A stretch of DNA of 64,000 nt from Phage NC-G, in sequence record MK310184, one strand, 5' to 3'. Below are positions 37,939-47,649 of this stretch, in pieces. The notes below the pieces were generated by a model. It had not been told where the DNA came from and did not search any database. It was given only the letters and a program-made list of their open reading frames with translations. A program made the translations under genes and the position numbers. Position 1 is the stretch's first letter. Each line of letters starts with the position of its first letter.

Positions 37939-39103
37939 CTAAATCCATCTCTTCTAAATCGTTTTCGATATCAGCAGCGCTTTGAGTGTCACCACCCAAT
38001 TTAACTGCAACGTTTTTAGAGACACGAGAGTTAATAAGGTCGTTCACCGCATCATCGACTTCTTTAATAGAATTAATTGCACCGAGCTTATACTTATTCT
38101 CGATTGCTTCACGGAATGGAGCATGTTTAAACAGCGGTCCCCAGAACTCAACACAATCGGTAGCTTTAGCACGCCATGATTTTTCTTCTTGAACCATTTC
38201 ACCTGTGGTTTCGTCAAGGAATGCACGATTATACCAACCAGCTTTAGGTTTCACGACAAAGCCAATATCAGTAGCCATTTCGAGCAGACCACTAAATGGG
38301 TCAATACCACCTTCAAAGTTCACAGTAATTGGGAACGTTGATTTCTCTTTAACAGTACGAGATTTTTCGGCCTTCAGGGTGAAGTCATAACCAGTGAGCT
38401 CGGTTCCATCTTTAACCTGACGTTTGGAGATAAAGAACACGGTAGAAGCAGAGTACAGAATACCAGTACCACCACCCATAATCTCTTTAGGATACATTCC
38501 ACCAATTTCCATAGCCGTATGGTTAATTGCTACACAAGGAATATCCTTGATAGTCAGATAAGGTGTTACGATACGGAACAGAGATTTCAAAGACTTAGCA
38601 CGAGTCATATCACCTACAACTTTCTCGTTCAAAGCATCTTCGGTTTCTTTCTTAGAAGCAGTGTTACCGATGGAGTCGATAAAGATAATAACCTTTTCGC
38701 CACGAGTAATTTCTTCTAATTGGTTGGTCATGTCAACCTTCAGTTGTTCGACCGACTGGATTGGCGTATGAACCACACGTTCCAGGTCAACACCCATTGA
38801 ACGGAAATAAGATTCTGAAGCACCAAACTCAGAGTCATAGAACAAACAAATTGCGTCTGGATATTTCTTCATATATGCCGCAACCATAGTTAATCCAAAC
38901 AACGTTTTAAAGTGTTTAGACGGCGCAGCAAAGATTGTCAAACCTGATTGTAAGCCTGCATTCAATGCACCACCCAATGCAATATTAAGCATAGGAATAC
39001 GAGTAGGAACTTCGTCACGACCATTAAACAATTTAGATTTGGTCAGGTCGGCAGTCATTTTAGAAGTAGAAGCTTTAATCAAACGGGATTTTAAATCAGA
39101 CAT
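37931..39103 (-). CDS. uvsX: UvsX recombinase (RecA-like)
   Basis: 390 aa; MSDLKSRLIKASTSK...GPSK...FDSE...ETEDALNEKVV.DMTRAK..KSLFRIVTPY matches T4 UvsX (391 aa) from memory. Confidence 0.9.
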   Translation of the reverse strand: MSDLKSRLIKASTSKMTADLTKSKLFNGRDEVPTRIPMLNIALGGALNAGLQSGLTIFAAPSKHFKTLFGLTMVAAYMKKYPDAICLFYDSEFGASESYFRSMGVDLERVVHTPIQSVEQLKVDMTNQLEEITRGEKVIIFIDSIGNTASKKETEDALNEKVVGDMTRAKSLKSLFRIVTPYLTIKDIPCVAINHTAMEIGGMYPKEIMGGGTGILYSASTVFFISKRQVKDGTELTGYDFTLKAEKSRTVKEKSTFPITVNFEGGIDPFSGLLEMATDIGFVVKPKAGWYNRAFLDETTGEMVQEEKSWRAKATDCVEFWGPLFKHAPFREAIENKYKLGAINSIKEVDDAVNDLINSRVSKNVAVKLGGDTQSAADIENDLEEMDLDD

Positions 39104-39305
39104 TATATTTTTCCATAGGCATCATTATATTTTTCTCACGTTTTAAGATAGGGTAATTATATCACTTCACAGCTACAGCATTACTTAATTCCTCGGTTGA
39201 TAGCCTTATCGACTATCTTCCGAACTTCTCGTTTCTCGAGCCACACTAATAATAGCAAGGCTCCGAAAGAGAATAATAACAAACCTATAAAAAGCAATAG
39301 AGGAC

Positions 39306-40199
39306 CTAGCATACTACGTCCTCATAACGTGGCATTTCGTATTCAGAATGAATATTGGCACCGAAATAAATGAATTCAGCCAGACCAGGATGAAATACTA
39401 AACCTGGGTTCTCATGATAAATGATATGTGGTCTTGATTTCAGAATTTGATAATATTCAACCTTACTCGGTTTGAATTTAATAATCTCTACATCAGGACG
39501 ATAGTCTTCACGTTTAAATGAATCGTTAGGGTCGGTGATATAAAGACGAGCACCTTCAGCCGCAGCTTGGTCTACAACTCTTTCGAATTGATAACACTTA
39601 TCTGAAATACGGAACGGATGGAAAATACCATCAATTTTAATAGGCGCTAGACCTTCAGAGTAACGCTCAATTACTGCCGGATTAATTACCTTTTGGTCTA
39701 CAAAAATTTTATCAGAGGATGCACCTCGTGACACCAGGACGTCTTTCTGGCATTGATTCAGCACTGTAGTATAAAGTGAACGTTCAACTGAAGCCACATC
39801 AATATCAATGAACTCGTCGATATAATAACGAGGAACTTCAGGGTCCATTGTGATATTAAAGTTGAATTGTACAGTATGAGCGCCGTCATAACCGGTGATA
39901 TCGGTTACTAGTCCTGAGCAATCATAGTATTCGATTAGAGAATCGACTACAAACTCGTTTTCAGACCAGAAATGTTTACGGGTTTCATAAGCATTTTCTT
40001 TATACCAAAGTGGTACGAAATTCAGTTCTGGGAATAATTCAATGCATTCTTTGATATCGCTCGAATTTCTAGGATAAGCCAGATAATCACCTGGACGAGC
40101 ACGATTTAAATGGAGTTGAAAATTACCGTCCTTAAGGACGGCATATTCACCTGTTTCGTAACTACGCATACTGAAAATAGGAACGATAAACAGACTCAT
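39306..40199 (-). CDS. Hypothetical protein at the beta-glucosyltransferase position; candidate DNA-modifying transferase
   Basis: 297 aa; no recognisable similarity to T4 beta-gt (351 aa); last gene of the coupled operon with gene 42; contains a DxD-like FIDIDV. Confidence 0.35.
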   Translation of the reverse strand: MSLFIVPIFSMRSYETGEYAVLKDGNFQLHLNRARPGDYLAYPRNSSDIKECIELFPELNFVPLWYKENAYETRKHFWSENEFVVDSLIEYYDCSGLVTDITGYDGAHTVQFNFNITMDPEVPRYYIDEFIDIDVASVERSLYTTVLNQCQKDVLVSRGASSDKIFVDQKVINPAVIERYSEGLAPIKIDGIFHPFRISDKCYQFERVVDQAAAEGARLYITDPNDSFKREDYRPDVEIIKFKPSKVEYYQILKSRPHIIYHENPGLVFHPGLAEFIYFGANIHSEYEMPRYEDVVC

Positions 40200-40894
40200 T
40201 TCAGGAAACCTCGGACGTAGTCAAAATCACGTTCAAACACGTGTGCACTTACCATGGTGTGGGAATACGTACCTAAACCGACACCACACTGTTCAGCAAT
40301 AAATGCCATCAGTTTACCCTGCAGATAGAAATCCAGTTGCATAACAACAGCGCAGTTTTGTGAACGCATATGGGTATGTGCATACAAACGTCCGTCACGG
40401 ATATAATACGTCACCGAATCAGTGCATGGATATTCTAAGGATTCGTCAGAATCAAGGAGGGCTTGGTCTTGTTCTTGGAGAATCTGGAACACAACTCTTC
40501 GCGAGTTAGCCTTTTCTTTAAGCTCTTTAAGTAGGGCTGGGAGTTGGGCCACAATTCGAGGTCCATAGAAAGTGTTGAAGTTTGCAGGCAATACGTCACT
40601 TTTCGGCTTATCAATGAACTTAGCAACATTAGGATATTCCTTAAATGCTTCGGCAGCGTCAGTACCACCAGAAATCATAAATTTCCAAAAGGATTCGGCA
40701 TATTCGTAACTAATACGATTGATACGTGGGTCGGTGAATTTATAGGTGCTGGCATCCAGTACTTCTATCGAAGCAGAACCAATTTCATAACAACGTCCGA
40801 TACGAGAATCAACTGCAAACTGCGGAGCTTCCAGGATTTCTTCGTTCATTTGTTTAAATGCATTTTCAAAACTAACAGCGGTAATGTGTTTCAT
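40196..40894 (-). CDS. 42: dCMP hydroxymethylase gp42 (thymidylate synthase family)
   Basis: 232 aa; catalytic-site block PCTDSVTYYIRDGRLYAHTHMRSQNCAVVMQLDFY versus T4 MCTNTVQYLIRDKKINAVVNMRSNDVVFGF (from memory). Confidence 0.8.
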   Translation of the reverse strand: MKHITAVSFENAFKQMNEEILEAPQFAVDSRIGRCYEIGSASIEVLDASTYKFTDPRINRISYEYAESFWKFMISGGTDAAEAFKEYPNVAKFIDKPKSDVLPANFNTFYGPRIVAQLPALLKELKEKANSRRVVFQILQEQDQALLDSDESLEYPCTDSVTYYIRDGRLYAHTHMRSQNCAVVMQLDFYLQGKLMAFIAEQCGVGLGTYSHTMVSAHVFERDFDYVRGFLK

Positions 40895-41427
40895 TTATTC
40901 ACCTTATTTTCAATATATTCGTTCAGACGTTTTAATTCTACCATATCAACATTAAGCAAATTATTATGGCCGTCATGATTTAAGATTTTAAACACGTTTT
41001 CAAAACATGTTTCGTATTGCCGGATAGTTAGGTTGAACTCATCTTTGGTTAATTTAATAAGGTCGTCTTCAAAGTCTTCATCTAATGGATTACGAGTTAA
41101 AATAACCTCGATAACATTAAATTCGGATTTAAACCCTTTCCAATCTTCCAGTTCTACATAAGGGTCCATTTCACCACGAAGGAATCCTGAGTAAACAATA
41201 TTACTTGGATAACCGCGGTCAAGGATGTAGACGAAATTAGGGTCTAAAAACTTATACAGAGTTTCAACTAAGGCCTTATCGTTATCAGTTCCTAATGAAA
41301 TACATTTACCATTAATCTTTTTAGGAAAATCAATAAGACGATATTTCTTATCGGATAACAGATTTTTAATTAAAGTAGACTTCCCGGAATTATCCGGGCC
41401 GTCTATAACAATGATTTTTGGATTCAT
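40891..41427 (-). CDS. P-loop kinase, thymidylate/dNMP-kinase-like
   Basis: 178 aa; Walker A IIVIDGPDNSGKSTL; DRGYPSNIVYSG resembles the Tmk DR(Y/H)xxSxxAY motif. Confidence 0.55.
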   Translation of the reverse strand: MNPKIIVIDGPDNSGKSTLIKNLLSDKKYRLIDFPKKINGKCISLGTDNDKALVETLYKFLDPNFVYILDRGYPSNIVYSGFLRGEMDPYVELEDWKGFKSEFNVIEVILTRNPLDEDFEDDLIKLTKDEFNLTIRQYETCFENVFKILNHDGHNNLLNVDMVELKRLNEYIENKVNK

Positions 41428-41807
41428 GGATGATAGGCCTTATAACTATCAAGAGTTCCTTCACGAACCATTTCTTTAAAGTGGTCAGGACGGATTGCTC
41501 GGTCATCGATGATAAAAGTATAACTCGGCTTGTGTGTAAGCAAATTGTGGTATTTCAATCCAATTTTTTCAAGGTTCTTAACCAATGCAGGAACTACTTC
41601 AACCAAGATTCGACCTGGGCCACATGAAGTCATGCCACGGGCGGTGAACAATGTAATCTCGTACCCTTCATCATAAAGCTTATTAATCATGGACACCATT
41701 TCGGTGTCCGGTTTAAAGTTCTCATAATCACGGTCATGGTTCCAAATCGTGATTGTGTTATCGATATCAAAACATAAATGTGGCTTATTTTCTACTCGAT
41801 GCGACAT
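41424..41807 (-). CDS. HAD-superfamily phosphatase, small capless type
   Basis: Motif I FDIDNTIT, motif II ITLFTARG, motif IV FIIDDR; start at MSHRVENK overlapping the upstream stop by 1 nt. Confidence 0.55.
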   Translation of the reverse strand: MSHRVENKPHLCFDIDNTITIWNHDRDYENFKPDTEMVSMINKLYDEGYEITLFTARGMTSCGPGRILVEVVPALVKNLEKIGLKYHNLLTHKPSYTFIIDDRAIRPDHFKEMVREGTLDSYKAYHP

Positions 41808-43480
41808 TAAATTTTCTTCCATTGTTTGTGGAGTTCAGTAGAACCTGTAGGTTTATATTTTACACCAGTTTCCTGGTCAAGCAAAACCCACTTATCAGGA
41901 CAACGAGTAATAATTTGAGCCGTAATAGGGTCACGAACTTCATCGACAAATTCACCAGTAATAAGCTTACGCTTACGAGGATGCCGCTTCAGCAGCACAC
42001 TCAGTTGGTACAAACCGTTATAATAAGCACCTAGAGCTTTCAGAGGGTTATTCTTAAAGTAACCTGCCAGAGCCATCCAAATAACAGCAATCCAGAGCTT
42101 GTGCTTAAATGTGCACATAGGAATATCGTCTAAAGGCATAACCTTTTCAATATCAACGAACACACGAGTCCCATTACGAGTTAAGCCACCCCATAGAGGG
42201 TCTGAGTTAAATTTGTCATAGCCATCGATAGAATAAAGCACCTTAGCTTCATCATAAATCGCAGGGCCTTTAGAACTATTACCGAAATAACCACGTGGGT
42301 CGATGATTTTAATATCACCTTCATCTGACAGCATAATATTACTGTAGTGTGGGTCGCCATGAATAAGTTGGTACGGCTCTTTATGTTCAGACAGAATTTC
42401 TAATGCATGGCGGAGAAGTTTTTCAGGGTCGCCTACCTTGAAGTCATTAACGTGGGTAATGCCTTGTGGAGCAAAGCCTTCAATCAATCCGGCAATAGAA
42501 GCATTACGAATAAGGACCTTGTCCAATACTTCTTTCTTAACATCGGAATACCATTGCTCATCGGACGGGTTATCGATAGTTCCACCGAATGAACGTAATG
42601 CACTAATGACCTTATAAACCATGAGGACTTTAGTTTCTTTAGACATAAACCGGTAGGCATCTGCCATGGTACGACCAAAGATACGTTCCATTTTAATGAA
42701 TTCGCCTGGAGAAAAGTCTACAATGCTAGGAACGAATTCAGAATCAATAGAATTATACCAATTGATTTCTTTAGATTGAATTTCTTTACCTAATTCGTTA
42801 GTTGGTACTTTAATGGCCAGATTCTCGGTGAACTCTAATTTATTAAATTCACGGTTAATTTCAGATTCTTCATGGGCTTTAGCCAGTTTCAATTTGTCAC
42901 CGACATCAACTACAAAGTCCAGTTTACGTTCAGTCAAATAGACCATTGAATCCAGGTTATCAGCAAGGTCTTCGCCATAATTAGAACGGTCGAAACCTGT
43001 CCAATTGGCTACCTGATACAAACCAACTACGCCACCACCCGTACCAATTTCACGTAAGTACGGTTCTTCAAATGTAAAGCGACAGTCAGTTCCATAGGTA
43101 TAACAGTAGTCGTTACCCCATTCAACTTTATGACCAATAGGAATGATGTCACACCAGTTAAACAAGACATTATGGCCAATGATATCTTCGGCAATGCAAT
43201 CAATAGCATGAGCTGAACCATTAGCAACGTCAACGTTACGAATAGTGAATTTAGGCTTATCACCAGTAATCATGTTAATGGATTTAATATAGCCTTTAAC
43301 GAGGTCGTTAAATTTGCTGTGAATAACCAGAATAATTTCATCTGATTGGTTACTATACAAATCATACAAATGCTTTAATACCGTATGTTGTTTGTAGTTA
43401 ACCAATACCTTCGGGATTTCGTTAGTAATTGGATACAACCGTGAGCCAAGACCCGCGCCTAAAATAACAACCTTTTTCAT
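41807..43480 (-). CDS. Bifunctional sugar-1-phosphate nucleotidyltransferase / protein-kinase-like phosphotransferase
   Basis: N-terminal VVILGAGLGSRLYPITNEIPKVLV (RmlA/GlmU/LicC-type); C-terminal LIHGDPHYSNIML...IKIIDPRG (APH/choline-kinase-type); start at MKKVV after GAGGA. Confidence 0.6.
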   Translation of the reverse strand: MKKVVILGAGLGSRLYPITNEIPKVLVNYKQHTVLKHLYDLYSNQSDEIILVIHSKFNDLVKGYIKSINMITGDKPKFTIRNVDVANGSAHAIDCIAEDIIGHNVLFNWCDIIPIGHKVEWGNDYCYTYGTDCRFTFEEPYLREIGTGGGVVGLYQVANWTGFDRSNYGEDLADNLDSMVYLTERKLDFVVDVGDKLKLAKAHEESEINREFNKLEFTENLAIKVPTNELGKEIQSKEINWYNSIDSEFVPSIVDFSPGEFIKMERIFGRTMADAYRFMSKETKVLMVYKVISALRSFGGTIDNPSDEQWYSDVKKEVLDKVLIRNASIAGLIEGFAPQGITHVNDFKVGDPEKLLRHALEILSEHKEPYQLIHGDPHYSNIMLSDEGDIKIIDPRGYFGNSSKGPAIYDEAKVLYSIDGYDKFNSDPLWGGLTRNGTRVFVDIEKVMPLDDIPMCTFKHKLWIAVIWMALAGYFKNNPLKALGAYYNGLYQLSVLLKRHPRKRKLITGEFVDEVRDPITAQIITRCPDKWVLLDQETGVKYKPTGSTELHKQWKKI

Positions 43481-43539
43481 TATCTGTTCCTCAAGTGAAT
43501 GTAGGTACATTATACACTATTTTTAATAAATTCTATTGC

Positions 43540-44040
43540 TTAAATCTTATCTTTACCGTATTCCATACACTGTTCTACTGCAGCAGGCACTTTGGTCTTA
43601 AGCTTGTTGATTTGTTTCTTATAATCACGCGCCTTATCGAAGCTCTCGGTTTCGAGCATTTCGTAATAACGAGCCTCATGAATAGAAACCTGTAAATTGA
43701 TATGGTTTACACACATCGCATACAGTTTCTGCTTTTTGTACAAATCATCTTGGCGCTTCATTTCTGCCTGGTGTTTGGCTAGTACCGCTTCACGCTTAGA
43801 CTCTTGTTCACGTTGGAATTCGATTTCCCTTTGAGCATATTTTGCGCAGTTATTACCGCATTGATTATTAGCTCGGGTATACACAAGTCCAGAACCGGCA
43901 CGGAATTTCATTTCGCCATCGAATTGTTTCTGTTCGGCTGCAATACGAGCTTTACCAACTTCATCAGCTGAAACTGCATCACCGTATTGGACCGCGCAAC
44001 CTGATAGGAGCATACTCATTGCGATAATTAACTTTTTCAT
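43540..44040 (-). CDS. Putative lipoprotein
   Basis: 166 aa; signal peptide with lipobox LLSGC; Lys/Glu-rich coiled-coil C-terminal half. Confidence 0.5.
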   Translation of the reverse strand: MKKLIIAMSMLLSGCAVQYGDAVSADEVGKARIAAEQKQFDGEMKFRAGSGLVYTRANNQCGNNCAKYAQREIEFQREQESKREAVLAKHQAEMKRQDDLYKKQKLYAMCVNHINLQVSIHEARYYEMLETESFDKARDYKKQINKLKTKVPAAVEQCMEYGKDKI

Positions 44041-44181
44041 AATATCCTCAATTAAAACAGTTATACTTAATTTGTGCTATAAGAATAATCCATCCCATGA
44101 TTAATGTTGGAATCATTGGAGGAATTGCCACTGCCCAATAAATGGTAAAGGCAGCCATTATAAGAAATAAAATAATTATCT

Positions 44182-44418
44182 TCATTGTTTAACGATAATG
44201 ATTTGTGCGTTTGATTTACGTTCAGCGACGATAGCCCAGATTAAAGCCACTACCCAACCAATCATCGTCCATCCTAACAGGAGATTAAGGAAGAAGATTC
44301 CGACATTGCTACGAGTGCCTCGCAGAAGAGCCAGAATCCATGGTAAAAAGTAACCAATGAACATAATAACCAGAGAACCGAATCCTAAAACACCAGCACT
44401 AACGATTAAAGCTTCCAT
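44182..44418 (-). CDS. Two-helix membrane protein at the imm position
   Basis: 78 aa with two hydrophobic helices; synteny directly upstream of gene 43. Confidence 0.45.
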   Translation of the reverse strand: MEALIVSAGVLGFGSLVIMFIGYFLPWILALLRGTRSNVGIFFLNLLLGWTMIGWVVALIWAIVAERKSNAQIIIVKQ

Positions 44419-44448
44419 TATAATTTCCTCATGTAGTTGATAGGAAGG

Positions 44449-44478
44449 ATAATACCACGTTCCCTGTGGTATGTAAAC
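44449..44478 (-). promoter_or_regulatory. Early promoter cassette
   Basis: GTTTAC, 18 nt, TATTAT. Confidence 0.5.
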
Positions 44479-44480
44479 AC

Positions 44481-47192
44481 TTAAAAGTCGAACATGTCAA
44501 ATAATGTTGCTTTTTTCTCGTAGTCGATTTTAGCAGACTCGGTAAAACCGGTCAGAGGTTTGATAAAGGTCTTTTGGAACAGTACGTTGTAGTCCATCCA
44601 ACGGAGGACTTGGTCACGAATCTGAATCGGGAGTTCAATACCTGACGGCCATGCCATACAAGCTTCACCGAACGGGTTGCCTTCTTTAAGTGGCAGTACA
44701 TATACCTTCTCACCATCAACGATACGAGGCATAGTCAAATCACCAGCAGAAGCACGCATGTAAGCTAAGCAACCTTTGATGTGGTACGGACATTTAGAAC
44801 CAGGGAAACCACCTTCATTATATTTCTCAATGTTGTTAGCACTGGATACTGCAGCAATGCTTACATAGTCTAATTCGTTAAATTCCTTATTAAACTGTTT
44901 GAAATATTCTTGCAAAGAGGCCTCGCCTTCTTGAAGCATACGACGGATGCATTCTTTCAGTGCTTTCTGAACCGCTTTAGGTGTACTTGATTTCTGAGTT
45001 TCGAGACCCATGATTTTCAAGTGTGGTTCGGCATAACGAGTACCTTCCATGTCCCAAACGTTCAGTGCATAACGTTTCTTGCCTGTCCAGAATCCACCAA
45101 GACCTTTAGAACCAAGTGGAGGACCAGCGATAGCTTCTCGGTCCATGAACATCAAGTGCTGTTTATTGTTCATGTATTCACACATCTCACGGAAGCCTGC
45201 ATCAATAGCAGGTTCCATACGTTCACGTGCAAATTTATCTAAGAAGTCAACCCAGTGGTTAGTATCACGGAATTTGTCTTCGCCTACTTTATTGATGATT
45301 GCGTCAGCCTTAACATAAATGGAGTCGGTATCACCATAGAGCACGAACTTCTGGTTTTCGGTCTTACATACGCTATTCAGATATTCGTTAACCTTACGTT
45401 CAATCCATTGGAGGGCCATTTGACCAAACAATGTGATTGCAGTTGCGTTCCTGAGGTCATAGTAACGGAACCATACGTTACCAAGTGCACCATAAAGGGA
45501 GTTGATAAGCAACTTACGGTTAATCTGAGCAGTCATACCTGCGACTTCAGTACGTTCGGCTTTGAACAACATTTCTTTTAAAGAAGCTTCTGACAATTTT
45601 TTAATCTGGGCTTTGACTTCGTCAGAGAAGTCGAAACGATAATCAACATCCAGTGGACTATCATCAGACGGATTAGGATTTTCTAATGCTTCTTTAATTA
45701 ACTCGCCATTACGTTGAGCTGCAAGCATATAACCTTTATGTTCTTTACGTTGTAAGAACACCTTCGTGATTTCTGTAGGAATAACACCATCACGGTCTTT
45801 ATAGTACATCATGCCGTTAGGAGAGCAACTGTAGGTGTCGCTAGGACGCGGAGCAGTTCCGGCAATATATTCATGTATAGGTGCGTTGGCGAATGTGCCT
45901 GCGATGGTCTCTGGGCTTATATTCACTTGTCGAATGATACTCGGGTACAGAGATGTAAGGTCGAAACTCATTACATATTTGTACGCGTTAGGAATCGGTT
46001 CCTTAACGAAAGCACCTGGATAAGGTTGAACCGCGTGCGATTTGGCCTGAGGAATAACTTTACCCTGTTCTTTAAGGCTATTAAAGATAATAGCGTCCCA
46101 AGTCTTAATTGGGCTGAACACCGACTGAATCTGCATCTTGGCATAGTAACCCATGTCCAGACTAAGAAGAATGAACTGGCGCTTCATATCAATCTGCACA
46201 ACACGATATACGTCGATAATGTTATAGGAAATATATCGTTGGTGGTTCGTCTCACGTAACTTGGAGATAGGACCATCATATTTCAACTTACCTACTTTCA
46301 ATTCATATTCAGAAACATAATCCAGAGAATAAGAAGGCTGGTTGGTAAAGCTGAATTTTTTATAAAGGTCGATATAGTCCAGAACAGAAATACCGAACAG
46401 TGTAATAATTTCACGAGCACCGTACATGTTCTCGATAACTTTAACACGAGTCTTACGATGCGGGCTTAATCGCTTAGCAGTGTTCTCACCAAACAGATTT
46501 TTCAGACGGTTATAAACGTATGGCACGTCAAATGATTCAACGTTCCAGCCGGTCAAAATCACAGGAGTTTTCTGTTGCCAGAAATTCAGATACTCGAGCA
46601 TCATTTCTTCTTCGGAATTAAACGGAAGATAAACGATTTTGTCAATGATTTCCTGTGGAACTTCGTCACCACCTTCGTCTTGGAGTTTCTCAGCGATTTT
46701 AATCGACCACTCTTCGACCGTACCATAAGGTGAAACTAAAAGGTCAAATACATAGAATTTATCATCAATCGAGTCGTAGTGAGTAATGGCATCGATAGGA
46801 TGTTTAGCCTGGGCAGGTTCAGGGAATCCATCAGGAGATGTTACCTCGATGTCGAAGTTAGCAATACGAATCTTGGAAGAATCATACTTGATTTCTTTAC
46901 GATAGGTATCAGACAAATAGGCTAATTTATAGTCGTCCATACCAAGGGCTTCAAGTCCCATATCGTCCATGCGCTTCATCCATTGAGAAGCATCACGCAT
47001 TGAATCGAATTCTTTCTTAACACAACCCTTACCATAGATGTCAATGTATTTTACGGCTTGCTCTGGGTTAGCATGCATAAACATTGTAGGCTTGTAAGGA
47101 ACTTCACGACTACGTTCGTTACCATTTTTATCGATGTAACGTTCGAGAATATTATCACCGATTTGTTCGACTGTCAAATAGAATTCTTGCAT
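44481..47192 (-). CDS. 43: DNA polymerase gp43 (family B)
   Basis: 903 aa from MQEFYLTVEQIG; very similar along its length to RB69/T4 gp43 as recalled; track ORF is over-extended by 43 codons. Confidence 0.95.
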   Translation of the reverse strand: MQEFYLTVEQIGDNILERYIDKNGNERSREVPYKPTMFMHANPEQAVKYIDIYGKGCVKKEFDSMRDASQWMKRMDDMGLEALGMDDYKLAYLSDTYRKEIKYDSSKIRIANFDIEVTSPDGFPEPAQAKHPIDAITHYDSIDDKFYVFDLLVSPYGTVEEWSIKIAEKLQDEGGDEVPQEIIDKIVYLPFNSEEEMMLEYLNFWQQKTPVILTGWNVESFDVPYVYNRLKNLFGENTAKRLSPHRKTRVKVIENMYGAREIITLFGISVLDYIDLYKKFSFTNQPSYSLDYVSEYELKVGKLKYDGPISKLRETNHQRYISYNIIDVYRVVQIDMKRQFILLSLDMGYYAKMQIQSVFSPIKTWDAIIFNSLKEQGKVIPQAKSHAVQPYPGAFVKEPIPNAYKYVMSFDLTSLYPSIIRQVNISPETIAGTFANAPIHEYIAGTAPRPSDTYSCSPNGMMYYKDRDGVIPTEITKVFLQRKEHKGYMLAAQRNGELIKEALENPNPSDDSPLDVDYRFDFSDEVKAQIKKLSEASLKEMLFKAERTEVAGMTAQINRKLLINSLYGALGNVWFRYYDLRNATAITLFGQMALQWIERKVNEYLNSVCKTENQKFVLYGDTDSIYVKADAIINKVGEDKFRDTNHWVDFLDKFARERMEPAIDAGFREMCEYMNNKQHLMFMDREAIAGPPLGSKGLGGFWTGKKRYALNVWDMEGTRYAEPHLKIMGLETQKSSTPKAVQKALKECIRRMLQEGEASLQEYFKQFNKEFNELDYVSIAAVSSANNIEKYNEGGFPGSKCPYHIKGCLAYMRASAGDLTMPRIVDGEKVYVLPLKEGNPFGEACMAWPSGIELPIQIRDQVLRWMDYNVLFQKTFIKPLTGFTESAKIDYEKKATLFDMFDF

Positions 47193-47249
47193 TTCATTTC
47201 CTTTATAGACGAGTGATTGTCTTTTGTTTGTTGATGAATCATTATACTC

Positions 47250-47270
47250 CAAAAAGGGACCGAAGTCCCT
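47250..47270 (-). terminator. Rho-independent terminator after regA
   Basis: GGGAC-TTCG-GTCCC followed by TTTTT on the minus strand, then GGAGTATAATG. Confidence 0.6.
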
Positions 47271-47280
47271 CTGCTTAAAC

Positions 47281-47643
47281 TTAATTACCAATCGTATACT
47301 TAGACAGCAGTTCCCAGTCATTTTTCTGTTTAAAGGAAATGACGCGGAAGTTGTTGGTGATTTCGAACAATTCGGAATCGTCTACAATATCAATAAGTCC
47401 CCAATCCTTAAGAAGCTGGGCGATAGAATCGCGACGTTGGTAGTCTTCACCATCGATATCTACCTGGCGTCCGTCCATACGCAACATTTCTTTAAAGTGG
47501 ACAATATAATATCGTCCTTGCTTTTGCAAAATGTGACAGGACTGATATAGTTTCTTTTCTTTATTATTAGCGATACCCATACGAGTCAGGGTCTCTTTCA
47601 CTTTTAGGAAGTCTTCGGGTTGCTTCAGAGTAATTTCAATCAT
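47281..47643 (-). CDS. regA: Translational repressor RegA
   Basis: 120 aa; MIEITLK.PEDFLKVKETLTRMGIANNK...HFKEMLRMDGRQV and C-terminal NNFRVISFKQK closely match T4 RegA from memory. Confidence 0.9.
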   Translation of the reverse strand: MIEITLKQPEDFLKVKETLTRMGIANNKEKKLYQSCHILQKQGRYYIVHFKEMLRMDGRQVDIDGEDYQRRDSIAQLLKDWGLIDIVDDSELFEITNNFRVISFKQKNDWELLSKYTIGN

Positions 47644-47649
47644 TTTAAT

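Noticed and set aside
41807-43480. Interpreting the nucleotidyltransferase/kinase fusion as a LicC/LicA-like phosphocholine (CDP-choline) pathway
   Set aside because: Not excluded by sequence alone, but the operon context with dCMP hydroxymethylase and a transferase at the beta-gt position favours a DNA sugar modification; left as the alternative to test.
44481-47321. 43-codon N-terminal extension of the gene 43 ORF (MTGNCCLSIRLV...)
   Set aside because: The extension runs through the regA terminator and promoter region; the conserved polymerase N-terminus begins at the internal ATG (47192), which has a ribosome-binding site.
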